Origin: Tepidisphaera sp. | GTDB taxonomy: Bacteria; Planctomycetota; Phycisphaerae; Phycisphaerales; UBA1924 | Direction of reading: 5' to 3' | DNA: 64,000 nt | NCBI GenBank assembly: GCA_050916045.1 | Contig: CP051526.1 | Location: 2,912,001-2,976,000 of the forward strand | Part shown: positions 39,165 through 47,500 of the stretch, piece by piece | Numbering within the stretch: the first letter of the stretch is position 1 | Layout of the letters: every line of letters begins with the position of its first letter | Program-made: the position numbers and the translations under genes | The notes under the pieces: model-generated | The model's database searches: none | What the model was told of the DNA's origin: nothing | What the model saw: the letters and a program-made list of their open reading frames with translations, nothing else

Positions 39165-40526
39165 ATGGATTCGGGGATGTTCAAAGCGAGCACGGTGATC
39201 GGCGTCGGAGCCAGCTTGGCTTTGCACGCGGGTGTCGCGACGTGGCTCGCGGTCGCTCCGCCGACGATGACCGTGCCGCAGCGGAGCGGCGAGGAGGGCG
39301 TCGAGATCGTCTTGGGCGATGTCGACGCTCAGGACCCGGTCGCTCGAGCCAAAGCTCTTGAGGACCTCGCGAACAGGACGCCTCCTGTTCCGCCGTCTGT
39401 TCCGCCGGAGGTGCCGCCGACGCCGCCGCCGGAGGCAAAGCCGCCCGAACCCGTCGAGCCCGAGCCCGAAGCCATCGATCTCGACGAGATCATCCTGGGC
39501 ATCGACAAGAGCGATGCGCCCAAGGACACGCCGGCGTTCCTGGGAACCAATGAGCCCACGCCGCACGCGGCTCCGATGTCAGAAGTCGAGCAGCCGGCCC
39601 TGACGACCAAACCGGCCGCAGCACCTGGTCCGCCGGGCGAGAGTGCGCCGGTGAACGAACCGCTTCCGGTCGGGCCGAAGACCGACGTACCCCCGACGCC
39701 CCCGACGCCGCCGGCGGAGCCCGCGCCGGCCGAAAGCCCGGCTGAAAATCCTGCGGAGAGTCCGGCTGAGAGCCCAGCGGAGAACGCGACTCCTGATGCG
39801 ACGCCCGAGGCTTCGCCGGGCGAGCTCCCGCTCACCCCTCCGGCGGACGCTCCACCGCCCGAAGCGGCTGCTGGCCCGCTCGCGCCAGCGCAGCCGGAGA
39901 TCCTGCCCTCGCCGCAAGCGGAGCCGAGCCCGGACCCCGACGGCAAGCCGCTTGCTCCGCTGCTTGAGGTTGATCCCTTCGGCGGGTTCATGTTCATGAT
40001 GCCGGGCGGCGGGATCATCGTGTTGCCCGCGCGGCCGGAACGTGAAGCGACAGCCCCGCCAGCGTCGCCCGCCGCGGCGGCTCCGGCATCGCCTCCTCAG
40101 GCCACGCCGCAGGTCTCCCCCACCGCTCCGCCGCAAGCCGGCGGGGGTGAGCGTTCACGCCCCGGCGAGGTCGCGGGGAAGGAATCAACCGCGTTCACGG
40201 TGAAGAAGACGCAGGATTACAAGCCGGGCCGCACGCTCGCGCCCGAGGGGATCGAGGTCACGACGTTTGATCCCGAGCTTTCGATCCTGTCGACGGTGAC
40301 GGGGTCGGTGCGGAACCCTTTGATCGAGCTTCGTTTCGGGCCTGATGGCAAGGTGAAGTCAGCGAAGTTCAAGAACGGGCTTGATAGCGGGCGGAAGGAC
40401 TGGGATGAGCCGATCCTGCACGCGATGCACCGTTGGACGATCGGCGGGGAGAAGTTCAAGGAGCTTCTGAAGGACAATCCGAATCGCGAGATCGTGATGA
40501 CGATTCGGATGATTTTGACGCGGTGA
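39165..40526 (+). CDS. TonB/TolA-like Pro-rich membrane-anchored protein
   Basis: SLALHA transmembrane motif, long Pro-rich linker with PAES/PAEN repeats, C-terminal domain with FGPDGKV..SG...WD. Confidence 0.65.
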   Translation: MDSGMFKASTVIGVGASLALHAGVATWLAVAPPTMTVPQRSGEEGVEIVLGDVDAQDPVARAKALEDLANRTPPVPPSVPPEVPPTPPPEAKPPEPVEPEPEAIDLDEIILGIDKSDAPKDTPAFLGTNEPTPHAAPMSEVEQPALTTKPAAAPGPPGESAPVNEPLPVGPKTDVPPTPPTPPAEPAPAESPAENPAESPAESPAENATPDATPEASPGELPLTPPADAPPPEAAAGPLAPAQPEILPSPQAEPSPDPDGKPLAPLLEVDPFGGFMFMMPGGGIIVLPARPEREATAPPASPAAAAPASPPQATPQVSPTAPPQAGGGERSRPGEVAGKESTAFTVKKTQDYKPGRTLAPEGIEVTTFDPELSILSTVTGSVRNPLIELRFGPDGKVKSAKFKNGLDSGRKDWDEPILHAMHRWTIGGEKFKELLKDNPNREIVMTIRMILTR

Positions 40527-40534
40527 GGACTTTG

Positions 40535-41431
40535 ATGATCGATTCATTGCTGCTGTGCGCCGCGCCCGGAGTCAAGGTCCAAGTGGATGAGGTGTACGGG
40601 GAGGAAGCCCGCGCCGCTCGTGAGCGTGCGCTAAAGGTCCTGCTTCTCGATCACGACGCGGCGGCAGGCGGGCAAATGGATCGTGCGCTCCGCCACGTTC
40701 CAGCGGGTACCGGCCGGTTGATGTATCGCGGCTGGATGTTGCCAGCGGAGCGTTACGCCGAGTTGACCCAGGCGCTTCGCGCGAAGGGGTACATGCCCAT
40801 CACGAGCGCGGAGGACTATTCGGCCTGCCACCACCTTCCCGGCTGGTACGACTCGATCTCGGACCTCACGCCCCGGAGCCGCTGGCTCGGGCACGGGCCG
40901 CCATACCGCGTTGAGGAGTTCCGTGACCTGCTCGATGGGTGGGCCGGACCGGTGGTTGTGAAGGATTATGTGAAATCCGAGAAGCACGCTTGGCACGAAG
41001 CGTGTTTCGTGCCTGATCCGACAAACTTCGACGCGGCGATCCGAGTGATCAACCGGTTCATCGAGCTTCGTGGGCGAGATTTTGAGGGCGGGCTGGTCCT
41101 CCGCGCCTTCGCCGACCTACGGCGAACGGGAACGCACCCGCGAAGTGGCATGCCGCTCGCGGAGGAAATCCGCACGTTCTGGGCGGGCTCGCGACTCATC
41201 GCGGCGGGCGACTATTGGACGGACGGGCCTGCTGCCGAGATTCCCGACGTGGTTCGCGAAGCGGCTCGAAGAGTGAGTCGCCCATTCTTCACGGTGGACG
41301 CCGCGAGACTCTCGAGTGGCTCCTGGATCATCATGGAAGTGGGCGACGGCCAGGTGTCGGCGTTGCCGGACGGCGTGTCCACCGACGCGTTCTGGACGGG
41401 AATGCTCGGAAGCGATGCCAAACCGGCGTGA
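40535..41431 (+). CDS. ATP-grasp domain protein (R2K clade)
   Basis: [45 protein letters not shown]. Confidence 0.8.
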   Translation: MIDSLLLCAAPGVKVQVDEVYGEEARAARERALKVLLLDHDAAAGGQMDRALRHVPAGTGRLMYRGWMLPAERYAELTQALRAKGYMPITSAEDYSACHHLPGWYDSISDLTPRSRWLGHGPPYRVEEFRDLLDGWAGPVVVKDYVKSEKHAWHEACFVPDPTNFDAAIRVINRFIELRGRDFEGGLVLRAFADLRRTGTHPRSGMPLAEEIRTFWAGSRLIAAGDYWTDGPAAEIPDVVREAARRVSRPFFTVDAARLSSGSWIIMEVGDGQVSALPDGVSTDAFWTGMLGSDAKPA

Positions 41432-41487
41432 AGATAGAGCGGCAACCTCGGCACCCGGCTGTCGTGGAATGCGTGTATATTCATGCC

Positions 41488-42525
41488 ATGACCACCAACC
41501 GCCCCGTCACCCTCTTCACCGGCCAGTGGGCCGACCTGCCCCTTGAAACCATGGCTTCCAAAGCCAAGTCCTTCGGCTACGACGGGCTTGAGCTTGCCTG
41601 CTGGGGCGATCACTTCGACCCGGTCCAGGCGACCGGCTCGGATGGCGCTGCGTACTGCAAGGGCCGCCATGATCTGCTCGCCAAGCACGGCCTTAAGACC
41701 TGGGCGATCAGCAACCACCTCGTCGGACAGGCCGTCTGCGACCACATCGACCATCGGCACCAGTCCATCCTGCCCAAGCACATCTGGGGCGACGGCGAAG
41801 CCGAGGGTGTCCGCCAGCGGGCCGCCGCCGAGATGATCGCCACTGCGAAAGCCGCGAAAGCACTCGGCGTGGGTGTCGTCAACGGGTTCACAGGCTCATC
41901 CATCTGGGGCTGGTGGTACTTCTTCCCGCCGACCAGCCAAGCCGACGTCAAGAAGGGGTTTGATGACTTCGCGAAGCGCTGGGGGCCGATCCTGGATGTG
42001 TTCAAGTCGGTGGGCGTGAAGTTCGCGCTCGAGGTACACCCCGGCGAGATCGCGTACGACTACTACTCGGCCCAGACGGCGCTGTCGGCGGTCGGCAACC
42101 ATCCGGCGTTCGGGTTCAACTTTGACCCGTCGCACCTGCTCTGGCAGGGTGTCGCTCCCAACAAGTTTATCGACGGCTTCGCGGACCGGATCTTCCACGT
42201 CCATATGAAGGACGTCGCGGTGCACTACGGCGCCAAGGGCGGAAGCGGTGGCGACGGCTTGACCGGTGTGCTCGGGTCGCACCTGTCCTTCGGCGATGCT
42301 CGCCGCGGGTGGGATTTCCGCTCGGTGGGCCGCGGGCATGTGAACTTCGAGTCGATCATGCGGAGCCTGAACCGCGCGAGATACGCCGGGCCGCTCAGCG
42401 TCGAGTGGGAAGACCCGGACATGGACCGCGACCACGGCGCGACGGAGAGCTGCGCGTTCGTCAAGCGGCTTCAGTTCAAGCCGGCGGCGGGCGCGTTTGA
42501 TGCGGCGTTTGAGAAGAAGGGGTAA
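41488..42525 (+). CDS. sugar phosphate isomerase/epimerase (xylose-isomerase-like TIM barrel)
   Basis: [42 protein letters not shown]. Confidence 0.92.
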   Translation: MTTNRPVTLFTGQWADLPLETMASKAKSFGYDGLELACWGDHFDPVQATGSDGAAYCKGRHDLLAKHGLKTWAISNHLVGQAVCDHIDHRHQSILPKHIWGDGEAEGVRQRAAAEMIATAKAAKALGVGVVNGFTGSSIWGWWYFFPPTSQADVKKGFDDFAKRWGPILDVFKSVGVKFALEVHPGEIAYDYYSAQTALSAVGNHPAFGFNFDPSHLLWQGVAPNKFIDGFADRIFHVHMKDVAVHYGAKGGSGGDGLTGVLGSHLSFGDARRGWDFRSVGRGHVNFESIMRSLNRARYAGPLSVEWEDPDMDRDHGATESCAFVKRLQFKPAAGAFDAAFEKKG

Positions 42526-42529
42526 GGAC

Positions 42530-42662
42530 CCCTCGCTAACGCTTCGGGCTCGTTTGGAATTGCCTTCTTTGGCCGTTTGGTCGTTTGACCATTTGGCCAT
42601 TTTCCATCCACCCTCGCTGGCGCGTCGGGCTCTGAAAGACACGGGCGGGACGCCCGTGCCAC
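42530..42662. repeat. intergenic mosaic of REP-like elements
   Basis: 22-bp direct repeats at 42530-42551 and 42611-42632 (3 mismatches), degenerate TTTGGCCA octamers between them, and a GTGG-hairpin REP on the minus strand at 42640-42662. Confidence 0.7.
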
Positions 42663-42663
42663 G

Positions 42664-43806
42664 TCAATCCAGCCAGTCCTTGGCCCGGAGCCTCTGCGGC
42701 ACGTACTCCTCCGTCACGTAGCTGATGTCCTTGGTGATCAGCGACTCGACCTCCATCTTGAAGCCGTTGGCGAGCAGGCCCTCGATCTCCTTCTGCCAGC
42801 CCTTATGCCCCTCGAACCACGGGTAGGCCATGATCTCCTTGGCTCGCTTGATGTCGTTATCGTTGAGGTCGATCTTGACGTCGTCGCTGAGGTCGCAGGC
42901 TTTGTAGTCCTTGGCGCGGATGCCGAGGAACTTCGCGTCCGGCACGGCCATGCGCTCGCTCTCGAACGCGAGGGAGATCGACCCCTGCTTGATGACGCTG
43001 TAGATGTAGTGCCCCCAGGGGTCGCAGTCGAGCAGGCAGTACACCGGCAGCCCGAGTTCTTCGTTGAGGCGGCGGAGCAGGCGGCGGACGCCGCGCGTCG
43101 GCTGGCCCGAGCCCTCGGTCAGGATGCAGTTGTGCTTCTCCCAGAAGCGGTCCTCGTTGAACCGGCCCCAGACCGTGTCCTTTTCGACGTGCAGGACGAA
43201 CTTCGCGTCGCACTTCTTGAACTGGATCACGTCGGGCTCGACGATGCCGGGGATCGCGTACCCGCCCGTGCCCATGCGGCGGCAGTCGATCTCATCGCCG
43301 TTGTCGACGATCGTGATGTTGCCGACCATCGTGCCGCGCTTCTTCGCGTAGATGTGGAGCTCTTCGCGGAGCGAGCCGAGCGCGACCTCCAGGTCTTCGA
43401 GGATGCCGTCGGAGTCTTCCTGGGCGTCGAAGGTCTTTTCCTTCGTCCCCTGCACGGTGTGCAAGCCCTTGTAGAACATTCCGCGCAGGCTCAGCGTCTT
43501 GTCCGCTTCGATCAGTTCGCGGACGGAGTTGCTATGGAGCATCGTCTGCATGAACTGCCGAGCGGTCTTGAGGTCAAAGAGCGGGCGTTCGCTGGTGGCT
43601 TTCCCCATCTCGAGGATGCCGCGCTTCTTGTTCCAGATGGTGTTGGACTTGGCGCGGGTCGGGATGTCGATCGACGGGTCCTTCATCGCCAGAGCCGTCT
43701 TGACGACGGTGTCGGCGAGGCCCTTGATCTTGCGGTTGGTCTCGACGTCGCGGGCCCGGGTCTTGGCGGTGCTGCCGCGGGAGGGGGTGGTGTCTTTCTT
43801 GGCCAT
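42664..43806 (-). CDS. top6A: DNA topoisomerase VI subunit A (Spo11 family)
   Basis: SLRGMFY (catalytic Tyr), VEKD, GQP, DCDPWG Toprim motif, KMEVESL. Confidence 0.92.
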   Translation of the reverse strand: MAKKDTTPSRGSTAKTRARDVETNRKIKGLADTVVKTALAMKDPSIDIPTRAKSNTIWNKKRGILEMGKATSERPLFDLKTARQFMQTMLHSNSVRELIEADKTLSLRGMFYKGLHTVQGTKEKTFDAQEDSDGILEDLEVALGSLREELHIYAKKRGTMVGNITIVDNGDEIDCRRMGTGGYAIPGIVEPDVIQFKKCDAKFVLHVEKDTVWGRFNEDRFWEKHNCILTEGSGQPTRGVRRLLRRLNEELGLPVYCLLDCDPWGHYIYSVIKQGSISLAFESERMAVPDAKFLGIRAKDYKACDLSDDVKIDLNDNDIKRAKEIMAYPWFEGHKGWQKEIEGLLANGFKMEVESLITKDISYVTEEYVPQRLRAKDWLD

Positions 43807-43895
43807 ATGGCCGGAGGGTACGCGCCAGGAGCCGCGGCGAACGGCGGGGAAGCGGAGCCGGAAATCAGTTACGATCCGAGCCTTCAGGAGGCCGT

Positions 43896-44372
43896 GTGCT
43901 GACGATCGTCGGGCGGAGTGTGGGGTCGAGGAAGCCGCTTTTCGCGGACTGGGCGCTGCCGTTGCCGCCGGAATGGGCGAGCGGGGACGGGGGGAACGGA
44001 GAGGGGGGCGATGGGGAGGGCCGGGGTGGAGGTGGCGGGCTGACGCTGGCGGGATTGATCGAGCGGATCGTGCGGCACGAACTGGCGGCGTTTTCGGCAC
44101 GGAACGAGCGGCGGCGGCTGGATCGGGTGCTGTCGGCGGACCAGATCGAGGCGGGGCTTGAAGCGGGTCGCGTGTCGCCGGAGGGGCGGCAGGGATTGAA
44201 CAAAGCACCGGAAGCGGAAGAAGCGGTGGCGGCGGCGCTGCAGGCGTTCGAGGATGGGCTTTACCTGGTCGTGATCGATGAGATGGAGCACCGGGACCTG
44301 GACGCGCAGGTGTGGCTGACGGCGGACAGCACGATCGTGTTCCTGAAGCTGACGTTCTTGGCTGGTGGTTGA
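43896..44372 (+). CDS. hypothetical protein with ubiquitin/MoaD-like C-terminus (-LAGG)
   Basis: GTG start after AGGAGG; ends YLVVIDEMEHRDLDAQVWLTADSTIVFLKLTFLAGG*. Confidence 0.8.
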   Translation: MLTIVGRSVGSRKPLFADWALPLPPEWASGDGGNGEGGDGEGRGGGGGLTLAGLIERIVRHELAAFSARNERRRLDRVLSADQIEAGLEAGRVSPEGRQGLNKAPEAEEAVAAALQAFEDGLYLVVIDEMEHRDLDAQVWLTADSTIVFLKLTFLAGG

Positions 44373-44476
44373 GGCTGGTGGTTGAGGCTGGTGGTTGAGG
44401 CTGGTGGTTGAGGCTGGTGGTTGAGGCTGGTGGTTGAGGCTGGTGGTTGAGGCCGGGGGTTGAGGCGGGTGGCGGA
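44360..44476 (+). repeat. 13-bp tandem repeat GGCTGGTGGTTGA: 7 perfect copies (44360-44450) plus 2 degenerate
   Basis: Counted directly; the first unit contains the Ala-Gly-Gly-stop codons of the upstream gene. Confidence 0.95.
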
Positions 44477-44523
44477 CGGGGCTTTCCGGGTGTCGATCGA
44501 GGTGAGATCTTGAGGAGATTGGG

Positions 44524-47500
44524 ATGCTGAACGAGGATCAGATGCTTGCGAAGGTTGAGGCGATGAAGCAGGCAGGGTGGGTGGAGTCGAAGATCGCCGC
44601 GCTGCGCGGGCTCAAGGCGGCGCGGACGGTGGCGGGACACCTTGGGGAGGAGGGGAATGAGGACTCGGAGCTTTTCCGGCAGGCGCCGGACGAGGGCGAT
44701 CCTCTCGCGGCGGAGCTTGAGGCTTTGGGGCCGGCCGGCCGGCGGGCGGTGTTCGCGGCGCTCTTCCCGCAGCTGGCACCGGAGATGGAGGGGGTTTGGG
44801 ATCAGCACCGGAGAACGGCGGTGGTCACGCGGCGATATCAGCCGCAGCCGTTCCGGATTCCCGGCGGCGGGCAGGAGGTCACCGCGGCCCGGGGGGCTTG
44901 GCTTCGCGAGGTGTGCCAGGAGCTCGAAGGGCTGGATGTGGATGCGGAGTGGCTGGCCGGCTGGGGGACGCTCATTCAATACGGGTACGCGAGCGCGGCA
45001 CCCAGGTTGGTGGCCGCGGCGATCGACGCGGGCGGAGTTTCGGGAGAGCGGGTCCTCGCCACGGCGGTCGCCACGCTACGGGGTGAGCATGAGGCGGGCG
45101 TGGGTGGACGGGAGACGATTCGGGCACTTCTCTCGTGCGGCGAACCGCGAGCGTGGGAGCAGGTTGGAAAGCTGCTGCTGGGGGCGATGCGGGAGGAAGG
45201 GCTCCGGCAAGCGATCCTCGAAGAGGCGCACCTCGGGCATCCCGAGGCGTTCCGGGTGATCCTGAAGCTCGTGCTGGACGAGGGGCTGGTGCGGTTCTCG
45301 TCGGTGGTGCGGGCGGCGGATGTGTGGTTCGGGACCAGGTGGGACTCGATGTCGGCCGCGGTGGTCAAGAAGGAGCTGGGGCTGGCGTGGGAGATGCTGG
45401 AGTCGCCGCCCAAGCGGGAAGCGGCGGTTGCGGGGAAGGACGGGATCGCGGCGTACTTCGCGATCTGGGCGGCGGCTTTTGAAGACGCGACGGCGGCGCG
45501 TGCGCTCGCGGAGCGAGCGGCGAGGAGCAAGTCGGCGGAGGTGCGCGCGGCAGCGATGCTGATGGCGGCGAGGATCGAGCTTGAGAGTTGGATTCCCTTG
45601 GCGGTCGCGGCTGCTTCGGATGAGGACCCGCGCGTCGCGGCGTTGGCGGTCGGCGTGCTGGGGGAGGCGAACGTCTCGGAGAGTCAGGCACCCGGAGTGC
45701 GGGCGGTGCTGCTGCCGCTGCTGGAGAAGGTCAAGAAGGAGAAGAAGGGAGTCAAGCTCAAGCCGATCCTGTGGCCTTGGAATGTTGGGGAGCTGTCGAC
45801 GGGTGCCGTCGGAGCGGCGCTCGTCCGCGTGCTGGATGCGGAGACGCTGGAAGCGGTGCTCGGCTCCGTGGAGGTGTTCCGGGCAAGCGAGCGGGCGGCC
45901 CTGGCGGCGTTCCTGGGCGGCATCGAGGTGCGGTACGCGTGGCGGTCCAGGAACGCTGTGAAAGCGGGCGCGGTGAAAGTCTCGGAGGCGGGCCGGGCGG
46001 CGCTGCTGAAGCTGATGGGGGACGCGGCGGCGGATGTGCGTGCGACAGCGTTCGCGGCGATGTCACCCCTGCCGCTGCTGACGGATGAGGAGGGCCTGCT
46101 TCGGGACATGCTGCGGCGGAAAGCCGCGGATGTTCGGGAGCGGGCGATTGCGCGGCTGTGCGAGCTTGAAGCGGCGCGTTTGGAAGCGGCGGCGGCCGCG
46201 CTCTTGGCGGGCGATGTGGAGCAGCGGCGTGCGGCGGTGGAGCTCGTGCAGCACCTGGCGGACCGTGGGGAGGTGGAGCGAGCGAAGGCGACGGCGGCGC
46301 GGATCCGGGCGTCGGCGAAGAAGCTCGACGCGGCGACGGCTCGCGAATTGGAGTCGTTGGCGGCTCACGCGGCACCGCGGGCGAGGCTCGATGATTGTCT
46401 GGGGCTGCTGGATCGGTCGAAGCTGACCCCGGTGGCGCCGGCGGTGGACCGGGGATTTCCGACCCTGACGGCTGCTTCGCTTCGGATCTTGCACGCGCTG
46501 GACGACTTGATCGAAGAGAACAAGCGGACGGTTGTGCACGTGGAGCGTTACGACGACAAGGTCGAGGAGATGGAGCTTGGAGCACTGAGATGGGGCGGGG
46601 ACCTGCGCGTGCGGAAGAAAGGGGCGGATGAGGATGAGCCGGAGCGTGGGATGCTCCTCGCGGAGATGTGGGAAGCGTGGGAAGCCGCGCGGGGGCCGGA
46701 GCTTCGGGATCGGGACGGTCTTGAATTGTGGCGGGCGTGGACGGCGATCTCAGCCTGCGACGAACACGGCGAGGGCGAAAGGTGGCCGGCGGCGATCCAG
46801 GCTTTGCTCGGAGGCAAGGCACGCGTCCTGCACTATTCGCGGCTTGTGACGGAGGTGCTGGGGTGGCTGGTGATGCGGGGACCTGCGGATCGTGCGCTGC
46901 GGGCGGTGATGGAGGGGATGGAGTCGGCGGTGGCACGCGGGCGGATCGCGTGGGAAGGTCTCAAGGAAGATCATGAAGAGCAGCGGCCGACGCGGCCGGA
47001 GCTCGATCTGCCCTACCTCTGGTGGGAGGATCGCCTCGAAGCGTTCGAGGATGCACGCCCGGCGCCGGCAGGACTGCCCGAGGCGCGGGCGAACGCTTGG
47101 CGGCTGACGCGGCTCATCGATCGGTGGGCGGCGGAGGTGTGGGTGCCGCACAAAGCGAAAGAGGATGCGGAAGCGGCCGCGAAGGGCGTGGATCTCGACG
47201 ACATCAAGCGCAAGTACAAGTTCGGGTGGCGCGACGATCTTCCGCGGGGGAACGTCCAACGTTTGATGGCGGCGGTGGAACTCGGACGCGCCGGCGAGAT
47301 GGACGTGGTGTACTACCTGCTGCACAAGCACCCAGGCGAGGAGTGGTCGTGGCGAGGGATCGACACGCTACTTGCAAAGGGCCGCCGGGAGAAAGCGCCC
47401 GAAGCGGCGGTGCGGGCGGCGCGTCGCGTGGCGGAGCGGGCGGTGGAACTCGAACTCGAACGCGGCGATGCACCGACGGAGTCGGCGCAGGTTCTCAACA

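Noticed and set aside
44360..44450. Tandem array as a CRISPR or as functional Chi sites (each unit contains GCTGGTGG)
   Set aside because: No spacers or cas genes. GCTGGTGG is the enterobacterial RecBCD Chi and here follows simply from Ala-Gly-Gly codons.
43807..44979. N-terminal extension making top6A 771 aa
   Set aside because: It is the antisense of the Ubl gene, the VNTR and the DUF4132 gene; family similarity starts at MAKKD (43806).
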